Notes under the pieces: model-generated
Database searches by the model: none
What the model saw: the letters and a program-made list of their open reading frames with translations, nothing else
Told to the model about the DNA's origin: nothing
Made by a program: the position numbers and the translations under genes
Part shown: one piece after another, positions 37,461 through 50,389 of the stretch
Position numbering within the stretch: position 1 is the stretch's first letter
Layout: each line of letters begins with the position of its first letter
From: Haliotis rubra
Lineage: Eukaryota
DNA length: 64,000 nucleotides
Direction of reading: 5' to 3'
NCBI RefSeq assembly: GCF_003918875.1
Contig: NW_025767044.1
Location: forward strand, 558,001-622,000

Positions 37461-40400
37461 GTATTTACCTAGTACTCCCGGAAGAGGTATTAAACCTTGA
37501 GCCTCTCATTCCCGAGTACTATAGCATGTCCTTGGCAAAACATGTTCCCAACTGACCTAATCCTTGGGTCAATGTGTTCGCCTTGCGTATCATGAGCTAC
37601 TTAAATCCGCTCTATATTTATGCTCTACTTACAAATTATTATGCAGTGTCATCAATTACTGACTGTCTTTAGGCAAAGACGAAGCCCCATCGTTGAAAGG
37701 CTGTGTTGGTATTTATTTTATGGGACATACATCATGTGACGAATTTTTCTCAGTGGACTCCAACTTTGGTCATTTTGGTCAGCAGTGATACTTGGTTCAG
37801 CTGAATGGCATCTGGGGCAGTGATTCCTGTGTAATTAGAGCAGCGCCGGCAACATTACTGAGAGTTGGAGTGATGTAGCACTTAAATGACCATGTTCAGA
37901 AATAATTTGCTTTGTCTTTGAAAGGTAACAGCAGTTAGGTATATGTTTACTTAAGGTAACTGGAATGCAACAGTGAATAAAAACGGAACATGACAAAATG
38001 AAAACCTGTCAGTGGTCTTGCCGGTGCCGCTCTTATTACACAGCATCATCACCAGATGCCAAACTACCTTCCATTGCTGTCCATAAACAGAAAAATTAAA
38101 AAAGGTACGTTCGTCACATGATGAATGTTCCATACAACCACAGCAACATAGACTTCCAAAGATCTGGCAAAGTCTTTGCCTGTAGACAGTAAGTAATTGA
38201 TGACACCGCATGACGATTTGTAAGTAGGGAATGCATATAGACGTCTTGAAGTAGCTCGTGGCAAGCAAGACGAACACGCTGACGCATAGATAATGTCAGC
38301 CGGGAACTGGTTTTGCAGGTGGCATGCTACAGTTCTCGGAATGCGTGGCACATGTTATACCGATATGCTTGAATACCTCTTCCGGAAATACTAGGTGATG
38401 ACTGGTAATGTTATCGGAGTAAGGTGATCAGCGCCATGTGCAAGCCTAGCATAAAACGAAACACGAGAGGGACAGGATATCATGCAGGCTTTGGTGCAAG
38501 GGCGGGTCAGATCACAAATATATAACCGATATTATCGAAAACTAACGTCCTTTGGAGTCTGATTCAATCAGGACCGCTGTTGTTGTAGACTAATGCTGCC
38601 TCGGTAATGAGGCATGACGGAAGACATCAAATGACTAGAACCAGCAAACTCTCCAACATTCACATGCAGGGTGGTCGACATCTAACTGATTGGATGATAT
38701 AGCTTTAACAGTTATGAAATTAACAATAGTGATCGAAGTTTCATTATGCCCACACCACACTTCTTTGTGTGATGTACATTTATCAGATTTCTATCACATG
38801 ACACCATTTTCAATATCAGAACACTAGTTCAGATATTTTCCAGGCGTGTCTACCCATATCCATATTCTTTCAATTCCTATTTTGATAACTCGATCTATTT
38901 TACACAGTTTTACTTTTAGGCTCAATTGAATACTGTCCCATTTGAGAAAATCCCAGCTATATTATCGATCCTCACATAAAACGCATGTTGCAAAAAATGC
39001 CTCCGTCCTCAGATGCAAATCGAAGAGTCCTATCACCATTCAATAAATAACACTGTATAACCTTTCAACATGATGTGATTAAGCTTAACGTTGGTTTGTA
39101 TGACAACTGTAAATATCTAAACATGCCTCCATGTGTGAGGCCTGTATCGTGGATGTGCTCCATTAACTGACTAATTAACCAGAGATAGTAAATCTAAAAA
39201 TCTGACATATTTACATGAAAATCTGTAAATGTATGTTGTGTTACTATCGCAGCCAGTCTCGCCCCAATTTCATTGACCAATTTGCTGCTTCATAAATTCC
39301 CAGAACAATGGTTGTTTTTCGGACGCTGTTACAACAAAAGTCAATTGAAATGGCCACATATTTTTTATGCAAAGCACTGAGTGGACACAAGGATTGTAGA
39401 AATGGTAAACTAATTTGTCATATTGTGTATATAAGATACCTTCATCATATGTATATACTTGGTTTTCAAGAAAACATGCATATAAAGAGATTAATGGCAT
39501 AGATGGGCAGAGATGATTAGTGATGTGTATTGGAATCATAAATATACCAATATATCTTCTTAACACTTCATGAAAAAATACTTTCAAGATCATCAGTGTC
39601 TGCCAAAATATATTCTACAGGGAAGGCTTTGTCCTTTCATATAAGTTACAAACAATATATTAGTTGTCTTATGATATTTTATATACCATAACTAACAAGG
39701 GCAGAGATGACACTGAACCCCAAAGAGTTATTAGAATCCCAAATATAACACATGTTTGTGAAACCTCATGCTCATAACACCGTCAATATGGTCGCTGTTT
39801 GTTATTGATGGATTGATGGATTTGAAAAACCCAGCAATTTTTACAGGAAAAGGCTGTGTCCTTTCATGTAAAGTTACAAAAATGCATTAACTATCTTTAA
39901 TCACGTTTTCCATATGTAATCAATCATATAGTTTAAACTTTTCGACTCTAAACGTCGTATGTCATCCATTTTGTCTAAAATTCGTTTACAAAATGATGAA
40001 AACAACCTTTTACATCACCATAGTATATAATACAATCCCTTTGGTGTCTTTACCTGCGACGATTGCTGTGACAGGAAAACTGAACGCTTGCGGAAGGAAT
40101 TTCATAGTTGATGGAGCGATGTTGTATCGGTCTGTTCCGAAACATTTAGTCAATTGGCAGAACACTGAAGTCAACTCTCACTGACATCTTCTGACAATAT
40201 GTTGTCGACGAGGCCTATTAGTGTGGTGTAATCTAGTGAAAGAGATAGAGTTAATGCACTTCAACTCAATTTTGAGGAGCAGTGTAAACGCCCAGTTAAC
40301 AATGATTTTGCAAACCGGATCGATGGATACAATGGCAAAGACTGTGTGGAATTGGTTACAACTCCACATTTAACACATTTGTCGCCAAATCATTGTCGCA

Positions 40401-43375
40401 AGTTTGAATTATATGTTCTATAGCGTTTGGTGACGTAGATGGTTCAATTAGTTGGACGCCTCACGTCTTCGGGTATTGAGTGTGTGTGATTTTCGCACTA
40501 TATTTTTTTTTTTTACTATGACGAAGAAGAGTTGCCTTTTGAAATTAGAAGAAACAGAATGCAGTTACTGCTCATTGTTTTGATCGCTACTAGTAGCAAA
40601 TTGATGGGGCGGATCGGTGAAAATCACTTTTCACCGTGATATTTGTCATAATGCATTCCACAAAGGAATACATACTGAAAGCAAAAGTAGATTATCCTCC
40701 TTTTAGAAAGTGTGTTCTACTGATTTGGAACAATCCAATTACATCAAGCGAATATTAGCCTCTTGATATTGTACAAAACTTCATACTTTACGAATTTTAC
40801 ATTTTATTCAATACTGTCATTCCACTGTAAATGTCGCAGCTAATAGCTGCAAAATTGCTTACGTGGCGTTGGACAATACTCACTCACTTTGATATGTTAC
40901 ACTGATAGCATTCTTTCTGGTGGATGTCAAACACGGGATAATCTGGTCTAAATTAGTTTGTCTATAGGTAGCCCCATAATATTGCTGCCGTTAAACAAAA
41001 TAAAGCCATGCAAGATATTCGGTTTTCACCACATAACTCTCCGTCAATATTTTCATACTGAGTGATGGCTTGAGTTTATGTGATGTATCCTTACCTTTGC
41101 TTTATTATGAAAACTCCTGGCGTGTCCAGTATATACATATTTACACAACTAATGCCAATATGTATCAAGTGCTATACTGTGCACATGAGCGAAATACAAG
41201 ACCATTTGAGATAGGATATGCTTCAGCTGATCCTATCACTGCAAGACATGTTATTACCGCCAGTCGAGCCATATCATCACAAAGTTGTGGACGTAGCTTT
41301 GAATCCAGCCTATTTACAAATGCATGTATTGAACCGGGCACTTACCAATAAGTACTGTAACATTATCCTAAAGACAACAAACCAGGCCTTCATGGAAAAC
41401 TCTTTCATCTTCAGATTCAACCAATCGTGCACATAGCGAGCACACTACTTGAAAAATGGCGATAAAATTGAGAATTACCACGTAAATCAAACTGCAAGCA
41501 ATACATCACAGTCTTCTGAACAGTTTATATTTGCTGATAGCTATATATATGAGACAAGCCTATCTGTGGATATTAGTTTCTGATTCGCCAAATACGAATT
41601 TTTTCAACATAAGTAATAATTTTGCTTTCTTTCTATCAAAGTCCTTCAAATGGAAATATATCATTACTGCAGAAATGTTTTATTGATATTCTGTATACAT
41701 CCATTTTACATTGCAGTACATATTGGATACATTGAGCTATCATCGAAATATGACTTATGTATGCTTGGGTTCAGCAACACAGTGTTAGCCTAGATGGACG
41801 AGGATCTGCTGATACTTGGTTCGATTCCCCCCAGTCTGACAGGGATAATGGTCCTTTGGTTACCATTGCGAGACCGGTGCTCGTTGATTTCAATTGTAAA
41901 CGTATACGGCCTGACATTGGCATTCCTCTTTCAACACGCAGAGGAATGACTGAAATATAATAATAATTATTATTCAAGCCCCTCCAGATTCGTGTATCTT
42001 ACATCTTAATACGATTTTATTTGACATACGACATTCACAGAACCCCAACACTCACTGGTGTATTGAAGAAGCTATTGAGGGGACAGGATGTGTGTCTGAT
42101 TGGGATTAACGAGTAAGGTTAGAACGTACAAGATATGAGAGTTCATCATCAGAAAAAAGCCTAAAGTCGTATCTGCATTGCTTCAGCACTATAGCTTCTG
42201 GCAGTAACAGAAGCACGCAAAACATGACATGCAGCCAGTTGTAGCCCTTAAAACCTTTCGAAATCTAGCGGAAGAAAAACAAATACAAATAACCTCCAAG
42301 GGCGTTAATGGACCTCCCAGTGTTGTGTTTCGATTTTTTGTAAAATTCTGAGGACAAAATTCTAAACAATGTTTAAAGAATTCTCTCACCACGCGACAAC
42401 TATCAACATTGGTACAAATATCTACGTACAAGTGTATTCATAGTTTTACTCTCGACACGGTATTGCTGGAATGTTTCCAAAAACACACTCAGGAAGCTTA
42501 CTCCTTTTGGTTCGCCTGTAGTTGGTGTTGAAACTCTGAACGAATGAATGTTTACAAGTTGCAATACTCAAACCTAAACATTGAATCCCGATGAAGGAGC
42601 ATGCATATGCTCCTAAACGTCGTGTTATTCACACCAAAAAAAGAGAAGTTTAGTTAACATCCATAAATCTTGCTTTTCTGACACAAGTCCAAAACCTTAG
42701 GATAAGCCTACTCTTTGGGGTTCGCCTGTACTCGGTGTTGAAACTCAATTTAAGTACACTATAAATTGTCTTTTCTGTTCGGCTGTTCGTACCTTTCTAC
42801 CGTATGTTCATCAGCAATACCAACATATAGTGGGTGAAAAACTTTGGAACTAAACAACGCGACTGCATTGCTGATGTAGTTACCGGCGTCGTACCGTCAT
42901 GTCCAGTGTGGATCAATCCATCGCGACCTTTAAATTCTAAAGCCACTTTACATATCGCCTTCATTGCCGTCATCGTACATTGTGTAGAGTTAGTATTGAT
43001 CACATGCAACCTCTACAGCCTAATGGTAGGAGTAAGAAACGTTGGCTAATTAACTGACATGGCATGACGGCTGGTGTCATGCTGACACCTTGAAGAACTG
43101 AAGGGACAACAGCTCAAGTAGATGGGAAGCCGGTATGAATCACTCGCAACTCGCTTCCGATACATCCTGATAGGCGGATGGAATCAGGTTACAGTATGGA
43201 TGCAGTACTTTGAAATAATTGCATACAGTCCAATGCTTGACCTTGCAAGTCTTTATTGCATTCATGAGAGTGTACGTTGACGTTGTTGAAATTAACTGCC
43301 TCTATCTACAAGTTCAAGTTTGCATTGAGAATAACTATGCTGATGACTATATTGATATGTTTTATGGCATGGGTA

Positions 43376-43547
43376 ACTGACCTGACTGACTGAGTTTGGT
43401 TTAACGCCGCTTTTAGCAATATTCCAGCAACATCACGGCGGGGGACACCAGAAATGGGTTTCACACATTGTACCCATGTGGGGAATCGAACCCGGGTCTT
43501 CGGCGTGACGAGCGAACGCTTTAACCACTAGGCCACCCCACCGCCCC
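43376..43547 (-). mobile_element. tRNA-derived SINE family 1, right-arm-specific
   Basis: Full-length copy, TSD ggcatgggta (43366-43375/43548-43557). Confidence 0.92.
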
Positions 43548-46114
43548 GGCATGGGTAGCCAAGGTCAAAAATATCTTCATTACTACGACAATCATCTAAA
43601 ATGTGGGCTATGCTTATGACAAACAAATTACAACTGTTAGTGAATCAAAATGCTGAAGGAAACGCAAAACTAGAGAATAATATAAGCCCCGAATATATTT
43701 GTGGCTAGACATTATACATGTGCGTTTTATGACTAAGGGTAATAAATTCATAAACCTTTCAACTTTAATTATCACTGACAAGACAATTCCATTTATTATA
43801 AATCTCTGTTTGACCAGTTGTTCCATAACTACAAAGGTAAACTGTCCTGCGGGTGGCAAGTGCCTTTCAATGATCTAGTGCAGGCAGAGGGCATCATACT
43901 ATCATCTCACCATTATGTCCCAGGCAAGTCCAGCAGATTACTACATTAACAGTTACTCTTTCCCTGGCCAAATTTGATGATTATTTGTTCTGCGTCGAAA
44001 CGGTGCCGGCGCTTTGTTTAGAGTAATCGTTGTTGGCCACGCTGTGAGTATTGAGTCAACAACATGTGGCAACGAGGCAACAAGGAAAATGAAATTGGAC
44101 AGAGAAAGGTTTTTCCACAAGAAAGAGTTCAGATATCCTGTCTTTAAAATAGAAGCGACAAAACCCTTTCCAGATTCATAATAAATCTCGATTGTACAAT
44201 TGTGAATATATCATGAGCAGATATTTGTTTCAGCAGTATTACAGTTGTTTTAAACAAATCCAGTCTGATCCAGACAATCCAGTGATTGTCACCATGCCAT
44301 ACGATGACAGAGCATGTGTTTATGAATCACTATGAAATAGTGATGATACCAGGTGTTCGCGAAAAGGTGAGCGTATCCTGCCTCGTCTGGTCATTTGATC
44401 ACCTAAAATAATTCGGGAACGCATAGTATAAGTCAAAATAGGGACTTGCATCGGACATCATTTTTGTCACTGATGCATCAAATTCTGAAATTTCCTCCAC
44501 ATGTCTACAATAAAACTTCTTGAAAACTTTACTGAAGCCTTTTATGTACCTTGTTCAAACAACTTCTCAGCAAGAAGAGTATATGACTTATACATCTATT
44601 CGTATTACATCAGTGAATATTACAACAGTTAACTCCATTTTGAATATAGGTTAAGCAACAATAAGTATAACGAATCATTTACTCAAATTTGATGTCAGGA
44701 ATGCTTGCTGAAAAGGGATTCTGCTGGTAACATGTGTACACCTGTATGCAATTTTGTTGTTAAAACTATAGTGAGTGTGTCGTAACATGGACAGATTCAT
44801 TTGAAAATAATTATCAATTTCCGCTCCATGTTGAAATACCTTTCCAGTAGAATTTCCACAGGCAGACAGTCAGGGTCTCAGCAATGATGTTGACGCCCGA
44901 ATGAGGAAAGTGCACACTAAGATACCTTCTAAAGAATTCACTCTGTGGGAGGCTACGGAACATGAAACTCGCCGCAACAGCATATATTTACATTTCTTTA
45001 AAAAATGTGGTAACTTCGCTGTCATACGATCAGGGTATATCAGACAATACACGTCGACTGGCGACACAATTGATCGGATTGATTGGTGACCCGATGATTG
45101 TGTATCACTGTACTTTGACGGATTGAATCTTTGCTCATAAGATGAACTACTGATCCAGATTCGATTCTTAACAGACCGCCGTCATAAATCCGGATTATAG
45201 CTGGGAATGTACTCGCCTTCATCACACATCACGCTTTGATAAAACTCACATACTGTTCAAAGTATTATATTTTAAGGTCCACTTTTGTCAGCTTCGTCGA
45301 TTGCAGTGCCCCATGGAGAGAGTTGAAAGTCCAATTATAGCTTTCATTTCAAAAGCAACACCAGTCCATCTTTTCCCATTGAAACACTTTTTCACCTTGT
45401 CTCAATTCCAATAGATTATGTTTTATTCATGCCCCTCTAGAATAGTATAGAAGGCCAACACTGTTTGGTAGTTTACGGGAAAAAATGAAAGTGCCACCAG
45501 TGTGCGTAAACGTGAATGTAATCCTTTTCGGATGCAAACAAATAGACACGTGTTCTTTTGACTGTCAGCATTATGGATTTCTCAACGAATGAAAAACACA
45601 CTTCAATTATCTTTATTAGTTCTCTGTTGGAGAAACATCCCAAGTAAAAAGTCGCTGACAGATCGACGCATGGGTGCATCTCATAGAGGCGACTTCAAGA
45701 GATGGCATTGGCACCTGATATTAAATGTTCTGCGTCCTGCTGTAAAACATGTTTTTCTCACAGATGCACTGGCAATAATTGGAAATAACAGAAAATTATT
45801 TTTGGAATATTTGTTAGAATATAAAGACTAAATAGGTTTTGCTTGCTGTGGATGGACACACCTGATGAATAAGCGAGTTATATTTTGAGGAATTCAAAGT
45901 ATGAAGAACGCTCTTTCCATGTATAAGACAATCAAATATATTTTCTAGTTTTCTCGTTTCATGACATAACGATATTCTTTGAAACAGTTTGGTTTCAAAC
46001 GAACAAACAATAGAGATTGTATAAATTTGTGTCATTACTGAGCTGTATTTACCATCTTTCTCGACATCGCTTCGAGACTAGTTCTCTGTTTGCCCTCGAT
46101 CTTCCATATTGCGT

Positions 46115-46252
46115 TTGGCTCGTCGTCACGCCGAAGACCCGGGTACGAGTCCCCACATGGGCACAATGTGTGAAGCCCATTTCTGGTGTCCCCCGCCGTG
46201 ATGTTGCTGGAATATTGCTAAAATCGGCGTAAAACCAAACTCAGTCAGTCAG
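46115..46252 (+). mobile_element. 5'-truncated SINE family 1
   Basis: TSD tccatattgcgt (46103-46114/46253-46264). Confidence 0.9.
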
Positions 46253-48386
46253 TCCATATTGCGTATATGGTAGTACACTTTGCTTTTGGATCATGTCAGA
46301 CTCGCCATCGAATAAGGCCGGTGGACTTATGTGCCAATCACCTCCCGAACCTGTATATTATTTAAAGCAATAAAGATTGCCAAAAACGTATACCACCTAT
46401 ACTGTACTTGTACCACACATCATCATGTTTACAAGACGTTTTGTTGTCATTATAACTAAATGTTTACCAAATATGTATTTCGCAATGTAAATCTATTAAC
46501 TAAATAGGCATTATTATGTGATAGGAAAGTGTATATCCGCAATATGTTGCATATAATTTCACTGTAAAATTGTTCTGTGTAATGCGTTGTGCAGTATGGT
46601 TAAGTGTCGAAAATGCTCTTGTTCCAAACGTTTCCAAAGAGTTTTCATTTTATCCTGAACACCATCATTCCAAATAAGGTTGGATATTACATTATCCTTG
46701 AATATATTGCTCAACAACCACAAAGACTTTGAAATTAGGAACAGATTTCATTTTGGTGAGGACACAGCATGAACCCGCACTATGATCTAGAGATTTTGTA
46801 GTGCTTTATTGTTAAATGAGCTATTTAGTATTTTCAAAAGTTTCCCTTATCCCGAGTGCATCAGAATATAATATTTGCTGGATTACAGAGTATCCCACTG
46901 GGTTACCTCTATACGATCTTCGTTTAAAAGTCATTACATCACATTTCATGAAAAGGTAATTATCAAACCTTTCAGTTAACAACCAAACAATTACAAGGGT
47001 CACAATATTCTTCAACCTGTTCTCAGTGAGGGCAAGCTCCTCTAGAACCGTCTGAAAGTGTAAATAGCCTACTGAGGTGGATTGGAAAGATAACTCCTGA
47101 TTGAGCATGTCACTAATGACATAAACGGTTGCATGCACATTGGTTTAGGAGATTCGGTTTTATCAAAGCCCAACGCTGCTAGCCAGATTATATGAGCGAG
47201 CAAACTAGTAAATGTTCCTACGTTAAAAAGAATCATTTCTCCTCTACGTTGTTGACATAACGCAGTGGTTGCAACTGGCAATGATAAGAATTGTGTTTTG
47301 ACAAAGGACAACCATGATTGTGACCAACGTTAACAACAAGGTGGTACGAAGTTTATCTTGTTGGCAATTTTCACATGAAGTGTCATCCTTTGGTAAATGT
47401 ATGTAACATATAGTTTCTTGTCGTGGAGACATTATCTACTCCCATCTAGAACGAACTATAAATAGCAGTAGTCATATGGACAGGGTTTCTTTTGCAAACA
47501 AACTTAGCTCTAAAATGTTTCATTTCAACTTCGCACTGCGTTTAGTAATGCGCAAGTGATATCAAAGTTATTAACTCAAATATGTTGCTTCACCCAATGT
47601 ATCCATGTGGGAGAATGCAATCCCGCAAGAACTCGAGAAACTCGGAAGTAACACGCTAGCTGTCCCATCAATACCCTCGGAGGGTCTTGAAATAATTATT
47701 ATTTCTATCGTTTAAATTGAACGTCGAGACCAGGAGTATGTGTATGTGCTTCCGGTATTGTCAACACTACATCGGAATTGGCGTCGAGGAATACTGCCAT
47801 CAGCAGATATAGTATACAGTGTGTCACATGTTATGTGTTTTTACTACTTGTGAGACGACTGTTATTGTTTTTAGTTGCTGAATTCTTATTGAAACTGTCA
47901 GAGTTGGAAAAAGCTTTAAGTCATTTGTCATTTTGAAAATGAGCCCGTTCAATGTTACACATATCCTTAAGGGAACCAATCGATTTCAATGTTATTGTGC
48001 AGCGAGGTTTTGTAAAAGGTAATATTTGCAATACAATTTCGATCTGCGTTCTGCGCAATCAATGTTTGTTTTGTTTTAAATTGAGTTGACACAGAATCTG
48101 TTAAATTTTACCATCCACATACATGTAAACCACACAGTATTAATGATGATACTCGAACCTTATAAAGAGCAAATTCACTTCCAAATACTAAGTCGCGACT
48201 TTCGGAGCCATTTCATGTATCTTGTGTTACTAATATTTTTCCAAATGTGTAACTGCCTAAAATCAATTTAATATGACAAATATCGCACTACATATATGTC
48301 ATGTACCCTGTATTTGAGAAAATTACATGCTTGAGATATTAGCCATTGGAGGCAATAATGCATTGGTTTGAGTCAGTTCTGAACAA

Positions 48387-48744
48387 TAGGGCCCGTAACA
48401 CGCGAGGCGCTACTTCCGGTAATAGATTTCCGGTGACATACATTCAAGAACCAGTTCTGGTTCCAAATTGCGCAACTGCAAAATATGACTTTACTAGACT
48501 GGACCAAGTGCACTACCACGTTTGGCTGCGCAGCTGTTAACAGATATACACGTGCTATTCATGCAACATAGTTTAAGTGTTTGTTGTAACCTGTTGCATG
48601 TCATAGTTTTATGAGTCAGACAACATGTATGATTAGCTAGGACATGCCCCTTGTAACAGTGCTATCGCCATTGCCATAAAACGCCATTTGTCACCGGAAA
48701 TACTTAAGTCTTTGCAAAGTGTCGTGACCTACTTACGGGCCCTA
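48387..48744. mobile_element. MITE with TAGGGCCCGTAA terminal inverted repeats, right-arm-specific
   Basis: tagggcccgtaa...ttacgggcccta; inner inverted atttccggtgaca/tgtcaccggaaat; empty site in left arm ~27545. Confidence 0.8.
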
Positions 48745-49075
48745 TATTCCAGCTACATGAACACTGTGGCGCGTCTGGGAGGAATCTCCAAAACCAGTCT
48801 TACATCTTCCCTTTGTGACAACAACGAGCACCACATTGTGACAAATAACGTCAAGGGGAATATAGGATTACAACCGATGCTCAGCGAATATGTTTTTCAA
48901 AGTTTAGATGGCATATTTTAACTACATGTTATGATGCTGGGTCGACATGGGTTACATTAAAACTGGATGTTAACATATGGCAACGTATCAGTTCAGTCAG
49001 TCACATATAATTTGGCATCAAATATTAAACTGGGCATGCAGTGTACATTACCCGTACTTTTATTACTTTTTGTTC

Positions 49076-49076
<1 letters not shown>

Positions 49077-49126
<50 letters not shown>
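49077..49126. repeat. (GTT)n microsatellite
   Basis: ~16 perfect GTT units. Confidence 0.98.
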
Positions 49127-49127
<1 letters not shown>

Positions 49128-49825
49128 AGGGGTTTGTTAAGTATATGCTCAAGATTATGGTGTACATGCTTTTATTAGATATTTTCTCATTTTGAAACCT
49201 CATAATAAAACCGAATTTGCGCAGGTTAACATCACATCCCAGCCTTACCAACCACCATCCTCACCCAGTATCCTCGTGAACTCTATGAACTGTCTTGCAC
49301 AAGCGCACACACGCACATACACACACCGTTACTAGTTTCTTTCTCAATAGTTTACCGATGGACAAATCCTTACGACTAAATACCACACAGGACAAACACA
49401 AGCCACATAATGATCTCCGAGTTGTAAAGGTGCCCCAAGCGAGAAATATACTGAGTGTTTATTATGCAGCAAATCGGTTCCTTTGATTGGGCTAGACGGT
49501 CTGTGGTCGTAATGTAACATCAAAATACTTCATTGAAAAATTGCCGACAATTTATCATGATCGTTTTCGTTTAACTAGCCATAAGATCAAGCCAATTCCT
49601 GATATGGTATTTACGTCTCACAAACGTTGATAGTTTTCGTTACAATATCAGGAGAAAAATTATATTTCTCATGTTCGTGCATAGTTGCAAAGACCATTCA
49701 CGAATTATGGTGTTCCGATGCATAAAAAAGGATTCGTGATACTGGCTATTCTTCAAACTCCTCCATTGTGATGACTGATAAAAACAATGAATGTGTGTGT
49801 AAAAGGATGGAGTAGAACTGATATG

Positions 49826-50389
49826 CAACAACATCCTCATATTGCCACAACTACATAAAGGTCTACGTTGTAACAACCCGTACATGTACGATATGCCAAT
49901 TCTGCCCAACACCATCCTCATATCCCACAACTACATAAAGGTCTACGTTGTAACAACCCGCACATGTACGATATGCCAATTCTGTCCAACAACATCCTCA
50001 TATGCCACAACTACATAAAGGTCTACGTTGTAACAACCCGCACATGTACGATATGCCAATTCTGTCCAACAACATCCTCATATGCCACATTTACATAAAG
50101 GTCTACGTTGTAACAACCCGCACATGTACGATATGCCAATTCTGTCCAACAACATCCTCATATGCCACAACTACATAAAGGTCTACGTTTTAACAACCCG
50201 CACATGTACGATATGCCAATTCTGTCCAACAACATCCTCATATGCCACAACTACATAAAGTCTACGTTGTAACAACCCGTACATGTACGATATGCCAATT
50301 CTGTCCAACAACATCCTCATATGCCACAACTACATAAAGGTCTACGTTGTAACAACCCGCACATGTACGATATGCCAATTCTGTCCAAA
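49826..50389. repeat. Minisatellite, 80-bp unit, 7 copies
   Basis: tctgtccaac recurs at 49981, 50061, 50141, 50221; no spacers. Confidence 0.95.

Larger units (their letters stand above)
23478..37905 (+). repeat. Left arm of ~28 kb inverted duplication (fold-back palindrome)
   Basis: Collinear reverse-complement matches to 37975-51354: 23478-23577/51255-51354, 23950-24067/51022-51125, 25260-25740/50460-51020, 27545-27830/48100-48390, 28480-28790/47600-47930, 29890-30540/45240-45860, 31290-31550/43850-44150, 32150-32700/42850-43370, 33280-34060/41020-41745, 34700-35700/39430-40600, 37000-37270/38400-38720, 37800-37866/38003-38065. Confidence 0.93.

Noticed and set aside
37951-38277. Walker A-like NKSGTGKTT in a minus-strand ORF, plus DD(M/V)FG Walker B-like strings in segment B (minus strand ~6140 and ~15775), suggesting a STAND NTPase
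   Set aside because: The P-loop lacks its first Gly, is not conserved in the mirrored arm, and would lie downstream of the putative Walker B (wrong order).
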